DNA of 64,000 nucleotides, from positions 159,836,001 to 159,900,000 of the forward strand of contig JANJGN010000008.1 in NCBI GenBank assembly GCA_026770705.1, in the 5' to 3' direction. The notes beneath the pieces are model-generated. The model saw only the letters and a program-made list of their open reading frames with translations, was not told the origin of the DNA and ran no database searches. A program made the position numbers and the translations under genes. This document shows, one piece after another, positions 39,501 through 50,223 of this stretch. This DNA is from Isurus oxyrinchus. Its lineage: Eukaryota. Within the stretch, counting starts at the first letter, position 1, and each line of letters opens with the position of its first letter.

Positions 39501-40358
39501 CAGGACGTAGCGTTGTGGAAATAAAGGGGGATCTTGGCCATGTCCTTGCTTCATTTAATTACATAAGGAGTGCTAATGATGGCCAGGCACAGCAGGTCAC
39601 AGAGGCAGCACAGGAGTTTGAAATATTTATGAGTAAGGATGAAGTCAAACACACTGTAATATCACCATATCACCCAGCGTTGAATGGTGCTGCAGAAAGA
39701 AGTCTACAGATTGTGAAGAGGTCTTTGCAGAAGTACTTGCCAGGTGATAAGGTAGGCAGTAACTTCCACGTTTCTCTTTGACACAGGCTGGGCAAATTTC
39801 TCTTCTCTTACAGTCTACAATAGGTTGCTCACTTATTGTTTAAATATGATCCTAGGACAGAGTTTAGCTTGCTTAAAAACAAAAAACTGCGGATGCTGGA
39901 AATCCAAAACAAAAACAGAATTACCTGGAAAAACTCAGCAGGTCTGACAGCATCGGCGGAGAAGAAAAGAGTTGATGTTTCTAGTCCTCATGACCCTTCA
40001 ACAGAACTGAGCGAATATAAGGAGAGGGGTGAAATATAAGGTGGGGGGGGCAGAGAAGTGGGGGGTGGGGGTGGTTGTAGGGACAAGCAAGCAGTGATAG
40101 GAGCAGATAATCAAAAGATGTCACAGACAAAAGAACACAGAGGCATTGAAGGTGGTGATATTATCTAAACGAATGTGCTAATTAAGAATGGATGGTAGGG
40201 CACTCAAGGTACAGCTCTAGTGGGGGTGGGGTGGAAAGGCTAGCAGGGCATAAAAGATTTAAAAATAATGGAAATAGGTGGGAAAAGAAAAATCTATATA
40301 AATTATTGGAAAAAACAAAAGGAAGGGGGAAGAAACGGAAAGGGGGTGGGGATGGAGT

Positions 40359-41136
40359 TCAAGACCTAAAGTTGTTGAATTCAATATTCAGACCGGAAGG
40401 CTGTAAAGTGCCTAGTCGGAAGATGAGGTGCTGTTCCTCCAGTTTGTGTTGGGCTTCACTGGAACAATGCAGCAAGCCAAGGACAGACATGTGGGCAAGA
40501 GAGCAGGGTGGAGTGTTAAAATGGCAAGCGACAGGGAGGTTTGGGTCATTCTTGCGGACAGACTGCAGGTGTTCTGCAAAGCGGTCGCCCAGTTTACGTT
40601 TGGTTTCTTCAATGTAGAGGAGACCACATTGTGAGCAACGAATGTAGTAGACTAAGTTGGGGGAAATGCAAGTGAAATGCTGCTTCACTTGAAAGGAGTG
40701 TTTGGGCCCTTGGACGGTGAGGAGAGAGGAAGTGAAGGGGCAGGTGTTACATCTTTTGCGTGGGCATGGAGAGGTGCCATAGGTGGGGGTTGAGGAGTAG
40801 GGGGTGATGGAGGAGTGGACCAGGGTGTCCCAGAGGGAACAATCCCTACGGAATGCCACCAGGGGGGCTGAAGGGAAGATGTTGTTTGGTGGTGGCATCA
40901 TGCTGGAGTTGGCAGAAATGGCGGAGGATGATCCTTTGAATGCAGAGGCTGGTGGGGTGATAAGTGAGGACAAGAGGGACCCTATCATGTTTCTGGGAGG
41001 GAGGAGAAGGTGTGAGGGCGGATGCGCGGGAGATGGGCCGGACACGGTTGAGGGCCCTGTCAATGACCGTGGGTGGAAAACCTCAGTTAAGAAAGAAGGA
41101 GGACATGTCAGAGGAACTGTTTTTGAGGGTAGCATC
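40359..41136 (-). pseudogene. Inverted PLE RT C-terminus/GIY-YIG fragment, frameshifted
   Basis: Reverse-complement copy of about 42069-42845 with a +1 indel near 40885. Confidence 0.9.
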
Positions 41137-41318
41137 CCAGCTTCCTGTAAGGACTCCATCTAGAACATCAAACCATTGTTTCCAGGACTGTCACTGACCT
41201 CATCTCCTCTGGTGATCTTCCTCCCACAGCTTCCAACCTGATAGTTGCCCAACCTCAGACAGCCCGCTTCTACCTCCTACCCAAAATCCACAAACAGAAC
41301 TGTCCCGGCAGACCGATC

Positions 41319-42845
41319 GTGTCAGCTTTCTCCTGCCCCATGGAACTCATTTCTCGTTATCTTGACTCCCTTCTCTCTCCCCTTGTCCAGTCCCTTCCCA
41401 CCTACATCCGTGATTCCTCTGATACCTTACGTCACATCAACAATTTCCAGTTCCCTGGCCCCAACCGCTTCCTCTTCACCATGGACGTCCAATCCCTCTA
41501 CACCTCCATTCCCCACCAGGATGGTCTGAGGGCCCTTAGCTTCTTCCTCGAACAGAGGCCTGAACAATCCCCATCCACCACTACTCTCCTCCGTCTGGTT
41601 GAACTTATTCTCACACTGAACAATTTCTCCTTCAACTCCTCTCACTTCCTCCAAATAAAAGGTGTGGCTATGGGTACCCACATGGGCCACAGCTATGCCT
41701 GTCTCTTTATGGGGTATGTGGAACATTCCTTGTTCCAATCCTACTTCGGCCCCCTTCCACAACTTTTTCTCCGGTACATCGATGATTACTTCGGTGCTGC
41801 TTCATGCTCTCGTCGGGACTTGGAAAAATTTATTAATTTTGCTTCCAATCTCCACCCCTCCATCATTTTCACATGGTCCATCTCTGACACTTCCCTTCCC
41901 TTCCTTGACATCTCTGTCTCAATCTCTGGTGATAGACTGTCCACCAATATCCATTACAAGCCTACTGACTCCCACAGCTACCTCGACTACAGCTCCTCAC
42001 ACCCTGTTTCCTGTAAGGACTCCATCCCATTCTCTCAGTTCCTTCGTCTCCGTCGCATCTGTTCTAATGATGCTACCTTCAAAAACAGTTCCTTTCACAT
42101 GTCCTCCTTCTTCCTTAACCGAGGTTTTCCACCCACAGTGGTTGACAGGGCCCTCAACCGTGTCCGGCCCATCTCCCACGCATCCGCCCTCACACCTTCT
42201 CCTCCCTCCCAGAAACATGATAAGGTCCCCCTTGTCCTCACTTATCACCCCACCAGCCTCCACATTCAAAGGATCATCCTCCGCCATTTCTGCCAACTCC
42301 AGCATGATGCCACCACCAAACACACCTTCCCTTCAGCCCCCCTGGCGGCATTCCATAGGGATAGTTCCCTCTGGGACACTCTGGTCCACTCCTCCATCAC
42401 CCCCTACTCCTCAACCCCCACCTATGGCACCTCTCCATGCCCACGCAAAAAATGCAACACCTGCCCCTTCACTTCCTCTCTCCTCACCGTCCAAGGGCTC
42501 AAACACTCCTTTCAAGTGAAGCAGCATTTCACTTGCATTTCCCCCAACTTAGTCTACTGCATTCGTTGCTCACAATGTGGTCTCCTCTACATTGGAGAGA
42601 CCAAACGTAAACTGGGCAACTGCTTTGCAGAACACCTGCAGTCTGTCCGCAAGAATGACCCAAACCTCCCTGTCGCTTGCCATTTTAACACTCCACCCTG
42701 CTCCCTTTCCCACATGCCTGTCCTTGGCTTGCTGCATTGTTCCAGTGAAGCCCAACGCAAACTGGAGGAACCGCACCTCATCTTCCGACTAGGCACTTTA
42801 CAGCCTTCCGGACTGAATATTGAATTCAACAACTTTAGATCTTGA
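41319..42845 (+). CDS. PLE reverse transcriptase + GIY-YIG endonuclease, 5'-truncated, 508 aa open
   Basis: RT motifs MDVQSLYTSIP, GVAMG, RYIDD; C-terminal LVYCIRCSQCGLLYIGET (GIY-YIG with CxxC), EH and GLN motifs. Confidence 0.93.
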   Translation: MSAFSCPMELISRYLDSLLSPLVQSLPTYIRDSSDTLRHINNFQFPGPNRFLFTMDVQSLYTSIPHQDGLRALSFFLEQRPEQSPSTTTLLRLVELILTLNNFSFNSSHFLQIKGVAMGTHMGHSYACLFMGYVEHSLFQSYFGPLPQLFLRYIDDYFGAASCSRRDLEKFINFASNLHPSIIFTWSISDTSLPFLDISVSISGDRLSTNIHYKPTDSHSYLDYSSSHPVSCKDSIPFSQFLRLRRICSNDATFKNSSFHMSSFFLNRGFPPTVVDRALNRVRPISHASALTPSPPSQKHDKVPLVLTYHPTSLHIQRIILRHFCQLQHDATTKHTFPSAPLAAFHRDSSLWDTLVHSSITPYSSTPTYGTSPCPRKKCNTCPFTSSLLTVQGLKHSFQVKQHFTCISPNLVYCIRCSQCGLLYIGETKRKLGNCFAEHLQSVRKNDPNLPVACHFNTPPCSLSHMPVLGLLHCSSEAQRKLEEPHLIFRLGTLQPSGLNIEFNNFRS

Positions 42846-43217
42846 ACTCCCTCCTCCATCCCCACCCCCTTTCTGTTTCTTCCCCCTTCCTTTTGTTTTT
42901 TCCAATAATTTATATAGATTTTTCTTTTCCCACCTATTTCCATTATTTTTAAATCTTTTATGCCCTGCTAGCCTTTCCACCCCACCCCCACTAGAGCTAT
43001 ACCTTGAGTGCCCTACCATCCATTCTTAATTAGCACATTTGTTTAGATAATATCACCACCTTCAACACCTCTGTGTTCTTTTGTTCCTTTGTCTGTGACA
43101 TCTTTTGATTATCTGCTCCTATCACTGCTTGCTTGTCCCTACAACCACACCACCCCCACTTCCCCCCCCCCCCACCTTAAACCAGCTTATATTTCACCCC
43201 TATCCTTAGATTCACTC

Positions 43218-43256
43218 AGTTCTGTTGAAGGGTCATGAGGACTCGAAACGTCAACT
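43218..43256 (+). ncRNA. Minimal type I hammerhead ribozyme motif (A6U core variant) in the PLE pLTR
   Basis: AGUU-CUGUUGA-A-GGGUC-augag-GACUC-GAAA-CGUC-AACU: stem I AGUU/AACU, stem II GGGUC/GACUC, palindromic ACGU helix III, predicted cut after 43252. Confidence 0.75.
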
Positions 43257-46200
43257 CTTTTCTTCTCAGCCGATGCTGCCACATCTGCTGAGTTTTTCCA
43301 GGTAATTCTGTTTTTGTTTTAGCTTGCTTAAGCATGAGATCAATAATTAAGTAGAAAAGCAAGATCTGAAACTTAAATCAGATATGAAACTTAGGAGAGT
43401 TCAGTACTGATCAGAAGGTCATCGTGCAAAACCACCAAAGTGATGAGGAGAAATGTGTGATTGGGGTTGTTATAGAGGATTATGTCTCAATATATTCTGA
43501 ACCTCAGATTAATTTATATATTGTTTAAATTCTGACCAGAACAGACAACAAAATGATGGGCACCCGAGGATCATCTGACTTCTCTTGTGGTTTGAGGGAA
43601 CAAAATGAACCTTCCAGACTCAATGCCTTTACCTAAAACTAATTCAAAGGGGTAATTTCAAATTGAATGGTCATTCAGATACAAGGAAACAGACTGTGTC
43701 AAACTGTCAAGGTGTGAAAGCTACAACAAAGGATGTATAATCAATCTAACCAGCCACCTTATTTGGAAAAGGTCTTTGACCTTGAAGAAAGGTCACATGA
43801 TGAGACAGCCATACATTCTGTTTGCTTTAAAAAGGAACAGAAGCTGTTCTGTGGACAGAGTTGCATCAGAAAGCCATTGAATCAGCTGCAAGTCATCTAA
43901 GCAACCGAAGTATTAAATAGCAATACCTTAAAAGTGGAAGATGGACTCCCCCTAGTCTGTTGAGTTCACCTGAGAATTTGCCTCCTGGAAATTCGACTAC
44001 AAGAAGTTCTGCAGATTACGGAGAATCCTTGGCTTTGCAAAACCTCTACTTCAACTAAGAAACTACAAATATGCCACAAAAGAGACTGAGACAACCACAA
44101 ATTATAATTGTATTGTTTTACCATCATCTGTATCTAGTACTTGTGTGTGTGATAGTGTGTGTGACTCAAATGAGTGAAATATCATGTTTTAAACATCTGG
44201 GGCAAGTGTGTGATAATAAAGAACATTCATTTTATTTAAAACTTACAAAAAGCTTGCTGCTGGGATTATTTAGATTGGTACAATCACCCTCAGGGTAAAA
44301 AATGCACACCTTTTACATACAAACATATTGATCTCAGGCAATATAAAGGAACACATAAATTCTGTCCATGGCAAAATTGGGTGCTGCAACCTGGGATAAA
44401 ATCTATTGCAAACATGTCAAATCTGACTTTAAAGGAATTGGAAGTAGAAGGGGAAAAGTAACATAGCCAAAATTGATGAAATAAGAAACAAAATGGATTA
44501 TAGCAGAAGGCTTTGTGAATGCTAGCAATGGAAAATAAGATGACTACTTTCAATGTTTTAGCATTTATGCAAGAGGAGGATTTATCTTGGCAAAAATTAG
44601 CATCCCTAAACATAGAACAGTTAAAAGCCATAGTTAAGCAGGCAGAACTTAATGCACATAAGAAAGCATGGAGACCTGAGGTACTAAAGAAACTGGCTGA
44701 GAACCTTGGCCTCACTCCAGATTCGGAATAGGCAGAAGATACAGAATTTGAAACAGGCCAGATAATCTTAGTCAAAGTTTGCCTAGAAGAACAGAGGCTA
44801 GAGCTAGATTTTCAGGCAAGGAAGGAAAGGGAGGAAATGGAATTCCAAGAGAGGCAGGAGGAGCGTGTTCTCTAGCTTGAAAAAGTTGAGAAAGAGTTAC
44901 AGGCACAGAAAGATCAGGAACAGGAACAAATTGCAGCAGCTAGAGAGAACCTGACTTTACCTAATGGTGTTTAAATACCCTTAGACCAGAGACAAATTTT
45001 GGTTTCCTAAAGTATTCCCGATTTATCCCCAAGTTTGAAGAGGAGAATGTGGAAACTTCCTTCACAGCTTTTGAGGAACTGACAGTTCAATTACAATGGC
45101 TAGCAGAGTTTTGGGCACTCCTGATACAAGGTCAGCTGGTCAGAAAAGCCCATGAGATTTATTCCATGCTGCCTGCTGGGATTTCTCTGTCCGTCATGAT
45201 CACATAAAGGCTGCTATTCTCAGTGCCTGTGAACCCAGACTGGAGGCATACTACCAACAATCCTGGAAATCCTGTAAAATGCCCACACAGACTGCAATGG
45301 AATTTGAGAGAACGAAATAGTTAGCATTTTACCGATGGATCCGAGCTCTAAAAATTGAACCCGATGAAGGGTTAGAGAGATAGTACTGCTAGAGGAGATT
45401 GAAAACTGCCTCCCATACAGCTTCTAAACTCATATAGAGGAACAAAGGGTTTCGAACGTCAGAGACACAACTATCATGACTGATGGCTATGATTTAACCT
45501 GTAAACCAAAATAAATTTGGATCTAGTAACTCTTTCCAGCAAGGGAGAGATAAGAAGGAGGTAAATGAAATAGTAATCAACTCCAGAGGAAAGGAGAGTA
45601 GGAAACACAGGGCAGATCAATCCGCATCTTTAAAAAGAAAGAATCTGTAAAGTAAATCAGCGTGGACACTGATACCCCCGGTGCAGCAAGCCTGGACACA
45701 AAAGAGAACTGTTGGTTCACAAAGAAACCAATAGGGGGAGCTGCACTCAGAACCATGTCAATTGCTTTGAAAGCACCGAGCTCAGACCCAAATGGGTTGG
45801 GGCGGGGTAGGACAAGATACCTAGCAAGGCTTCTTGTAAAAAGAAAAAAAAATTACTCCTTTTGAATCACAAGCTTCAAGAAAATAAATAACCATTTTTA
45901 GAGATACAGGGGGTTTTTGAACACTATTTGTAGTGAAGGCTGCTGAGCTGCTGTCTGGAAACAGGACAAACAGCACAGTGCTAGTCAAAGGGCTCACTGG
46001 CACATGTTTAAAGGTTCCCCTAGTAAAAGATCACCTGTAGAACAGTGGGTCATCTGTGTAGTGAGAGTTAGGATTATTCTGAGCTTGCCCATAGGGGGGA
46101 GTGAACCTATTGTTGGGAAATGACTTGGTGGGGTACCAGGTACTATGCCCATAAGGTCAAATACAATCCACAGAGACCGGAGAAACAGAAGGGAATCTCA

Positions 46201-47044
46201 AAAATTCTGTTCAGCTACAGAGAGCTGAAGGAGCCCCTAACATCCTGCAGGGGGTGGTACAGCCAATAAAGATTAAGGAAATCGAGGGCAAGCCAGAGAA
46301 CTTTCCGGAGGCCAGCAGATGGCCTACCAAAGTAAAAAGGGTCAAGACAGAACCCATAAAAGCTAAAAAGACCAAAACCAGACCAGTAGAATTTAAAGAG
46401 GCCAAGGCAGCGTTCCTGGGATTGAAAAAAAGAATGAAGGGCCTGAACCAGAGTTCTGGTTAGCAGACACTTTGTTTCAGGATTTAAATAGAGACAGAGA
46501 AAGTTCACAAACCAGCAGTCAGACAGTGAGGAAGATGCCTCACCCAGTTGAAGTGCCACAGGGCAGTGGAACCAAAGCTGTCCATCCACCTGTGGGCAAT
46601 AGTGTCCCAAAGGACATGGGGCAGATTGGGGACCAACCCATCCCAAAGGAAGTAGAAACAGGGAAGTCAATACGCCTTAAGACAAACTGCATTTGTGAAA
46701 GCCAAAAGGGAAGTCTAAGTTCAGCTAACATATAATTAACCACAAAACTTTCACAGGATTAGGTTCAAAACTTAAATCCACCTGAACCCAGCAGTTCAGT
46801 TTCCAAGGCAACTGACGATAAGGTGCCAGGGGTGAACACAGACACCCTCACAGGGGTATGAAAACAATACACCTCACACTATCACCCTCGAAATAAGAAT
46901 CAACAATGAACCAGGACCTAAATTATCAGACTCATTGGTTGTGGAAGCAGCCATAAAAGGGTAAAGAACTTTACAGGCAACCCAACAAAATAATCAGCAA
47001 TTTACATATCACAAACTTCGAAACAGACTCCAACCTTGTGAAAC

Positions 47045-47721
47045 AAAAACAAAAATACCTGGAAAAACTCAGCAGGTCTGGCAGCATCTGCGGAGAGGCT
47101 TATATTTCACCTCTCTTCTAGTTTTATTTAGTTCTGTTGAAGGGTCATTCGGACTCGAAATGTTAACTGTGTTCCTCTCTGCAGATGCTGCCAGATCTGC
47201 TGAGATTTTCCAGGTATTTTTATTTTTGTTTTGGATTTCCAGCATCCGCAGTTTTTTGCTTTTACCTTATTGTTTAATTGACTGCCACTTCTCTTCAAGG
47301 AATGCCTTCCTTGAAGAAGTATTGCTCTTCTCTCCATCAGGATTTTCATATCTCTCTTTTGCCTTGTTCACCTTCATTGCTTTCCATTTCTCTCCTGGTG
47401 TTTGACAAGGTGTTTACTAAAACCTGCTTTACATCTTTTGGTTATCTCCACCTATCACTGGCCCTCTATCCAGCTCTACTTGTTGTCCGCCCCCTCACCC
47501 CCACCCCCCCCCCCCCCCCCCCCCCACCCCCCACCGCCCCCCCGCCTTAAACCAGCTTATATTTCACCTCTCTTCTATTTTTACTTAGTTCTGTTGAAGG
47601 GTCATTCAGACTCGAAACATTAACTGTGTTCCTCTCTGCAGATGCTGCTAGACCTGCTGAGATTTTCCAGGTATTTTTGTTTTTGTTTTGGATTTCCAGC
47701 ATCCGCAGTTTTTTGCTTTTA
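47045..47721. mobile_element. PLE insertion: short inverted arm plus tandem pLTR mini-element
   Basis: TSD TCCAACCTTGTGAAAC at 47029-47044 and 47722-47737; direct repeats at about 47098-47265 and 47555-47721. Confidence 0.9.
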
Positions 47722-47902
47722 TCCAACCTTGTGAAACCTGACTCCTCCCTAGGAGCCAGCATGGAGTTCGAATTTCCATCAACAGCTAACTGCATTGAGA
47801 ATCATATGTCCATTAGAGTTACTTGAGTAGCGATATTAATTAAGCCACCGGATAACACGTAACTGCATGGGGGTTGTAAGAAAAAGGAATGTGACAGAGA
47901 AA

Positions 47903-48013
47903 TAAAAACATGAAAATGCTGGAAAAACTTAGCAGGTCTGACAGCATCTGTGGTGAGAGAAACAGAATTAACGTTTCGAGTCCGTATGACTCTACTTCAG
48001 AGCTGGACAGAGA
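47903..48013 (-). mobile_element. Single-arm PLE 3'-end fragment
   Basis: Flanked by AATGTGACAG(A/G)GAAA direct repeats; degenerate hammerhead motif on the minus strand. Confidence 0.7.
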
Positions 48014-48876
48014 AATGTGACAGGGAAACTGTAGCAATACCAGATTATTGTGTGTCTGAAAGTCTCAGTGTTTGAAGAAGTACATTTTTTCTTTTGCTTC
48101 GCAAAGAATCCAAGTAAAAAAAAAATGTCATCAAGATTCCATTGTTTTTCAGTGCAGTGGAGGTGTGTCACATCCCAGTATATTCTGAACTTCAGATAAA
48201 TTTTTATATTTTTAAAAAACTGACCACAAAAGGCTACAAAAGGATGGGTGCCTGAGGGTCACCTGACTTATCACCTGGACTTATCCAATCCAAAGGCCTC
48301 TAGCTGTCAATCACCCATGATTAGAGACAAATTATGCATATTATCGAATAGTTAATGGTCAGGTCCACCACATGGTTCCAAGCAGCCGTTCAATTCACAC
48401 CTACAACCAAGCCCCTGTAGCAGGATTTGTTTTCAGGTCAATCAATAGGATAACTCAGCTCCTGATTTTCATTTTGAAGTCTTTCAAGGAAAGGTAGCTC
48501 CAATTTTCAATCTAATTATTTCAAAATTTTAAAAAATAGAATATTGAAACCTTCCTACTTTATCACAAATAGGTTTACATTATTGCTTCCCTGATGATCA
48601 ATTTTCAAGCTTTTATATTAAAGTAAATTCTATTAATATTTTGCCAGTGGTGGTTTGTATAATTAAATTTCTGTTGTGGTATGTTTTAGTGCAATTTGAG
48701 AAATCTTATTGGTTGTTTTTATTAACTATCTCCTTCAGTTACCAAATGATGGTTAGTTACTCCTGAGTTCTCATGTTCCACAAAAAATAATCATGAAGAG
48801 AATTCTCGAGCGATAAAAGATGATCACAGAAGGGCTTCCTGAGAACATGTGATATTCATGTTTGTCAAGATAGAGC

Positions 48877-48898
48877 ATGGATATACAAGGGGAGGATG
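48877..48898 (+). CDS. Candidate first coding exon of an unidentified gene (MDIQGED)
   Basis: Kozak-like agcATGG and strong donor G|GTGAGT. Phase 1 matches the exon at 49701. Confidence 0.3.
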
Positions 48899-49700
48899 GT
48901 GAGTGAGGATCTAAAAATGGGAGAAAAATCTTTAAAGTGTATTTTGCTAATACAGGTCCAGTCCCATTAATTGAGTTGTTTGATGGAACGTACATGATTA
49001 CTTCTCTCTAGGCTATTTTCAGTTGTGTTGAACGTTTGTACATAATGTTGTCCTTTGAGATGTTGTTATGTCAGTTAGATTCCTAGCCTAAATGTAGAAC
49101 TCATTGAGCATTGCTACTATTAAAGCAATAGGGGATGCATTGCACGGATATAAATTAAGTTTCCTATAATATTTCTCATCCCTGCTGTGCTCCACAGTGT
49201 TAAGATTCATCAGAGGAACAGCTTGATAAATTATATATAATAAGCAGATTTTGCTCTATCTAAAGTTGAATTATTTTACTGAACTTTACGTCTACAAACT
49301 GAGCAACATAAATGTTAGGGATTTGATTTCCCATGGGATTTGTAAGCAATTTTCTTGTGACGATTGGCTTTAAGCCATCTGTATCTGTTACTGTTTTATT
49401 TCGACAAAATTTAGCATCGGATGAGGACTACCAAGTGTTTCAACATCATTGTTTAGTGTGCAATTTATAAACCTAGATGATTGGGAGCAAATCATAGACT
49501 GGATCGGAGTTAAACATGGTTCATGCACACATTTATATTTTAAATCCAAATCTGTAATTTACTCTCCTTTTTTTTGTTTTTGTCAGTTTAAATGACAATT
49601 TCCATTAAATGTATTTAAAGACTTCCCATAATCGCATTTGCATCATTTCAGTTTCAATCATTACATGCAGCACTCATTTTCATAAAGAGTTTTGTTACAG

Positions 49701-49784
49701 CTGTTTCCTCAATTGCTAATATATTTGCGCTACAACAGCATTTTAAGGAGGTTGCTACCAAACTGAAAGCTGTTGTACCCGTTG
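49701..49784 (+). CDS. Candidate internal exon of an unidentified gene (VSSIANIFALQQHFKEVATKLKAVVPV)
   Basis: Acceptor gttttgttacag, donor G|GTAAGC, 84 nt open in phase 1/1, unique non-repeat sequence. Confidence 0.4.
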
Positions 49785-50223
49785 GTAAGCAAGAGCTGTA
49801 ATTGCACGTGACAACAACAGCAATGAATGTCTTGTGTCTCAAATGTAAAATGAAAGAAAAATCATTCAATATGGCTGTGCGAGAAACAGATAGGAAGGAA
49901 AGTGAAGGATAGAGGAAGTGGGGTGGTCTTTTTGTACTTACACAAGGGGTGGAATCGTCCCAGATTTGCCCTAAATGCTTTAGCGGGCGGATAAAACGAT
50001 GTTTTACCCCCCAGCTGCAATGACAGGTTTTCACACTGTATCGTCCTAAACCCGCCACATTATTTAGGGACTCCTGGGAAACACATTCTTTCCATGGTGA
50101 GTCAGCTTTCATTCGCCCGCCTGCCCATCACCTCACCGCTTCATCACGCCAGGTGCCATGTTTAAAGTCAAGCTGCAAGCACACATCTCACTACTTCCAG
50201 ACCACCACTGCTGCATGGAAGAC

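Larger units (their letters stand above)
39877..43317. mobile_element. Penelope-like element (Poseidon-type), two-armed head-to-head insertion
   Basis: Minus arm 39877-41136 and plus arm 41161-43317. TSD TTTAGCTTGCTTAA at 39863-39876 and 43318-43331. Confidence 0.95.
39540..43480 (+). mobile_element. Gypsy integrase remnant split by the large PLE (39540-39876 + 43318-43480)
   Basis: SPYHPALNGAAERSLQIVK and RTEFSLLK motifs; sequence continues after the TSD. Confidence 0.7.
43483..48275 (+). mobile_element. Old Gypsy LTR element (SCAN-like gag type), internally deleted
   Basis: Diverged LTR starts at 43483 and 48166 (ATATTCTGAAC-TCAGAT..GATGGG..CTGACTT); decayed PBS near 44378; gag remnant IPKFEEENVETSFTAFE..W..LIQ; protease ILRDTG and LLLGNDL. 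Confidence 0.75.

Noticed and set aside
41662-42519. 285-aa overlapping alternative-frame ORF in the PLE
   Set aside because: P/S/T-rich shadow frame caused by the C-rich strand bias; no domain signal.
2669-47721. Recurrent short ORFs such as MLPDLLSFSRYF and MLEIQNKN..TWKNSAGLAAS as a small-protein family, or the repeats as a CRISPR-like array
   Set aside because: They are translations of the PLE terminal repeat; the copies are dispersed, TSD-flanked and have no spacer structure.
7109-47737. PLE targeting of other transposons or a target consensus
   Set aside because: About half the insertions fall in older repeats, as expected from local repeat density; the TSD sequences share no clear motif.
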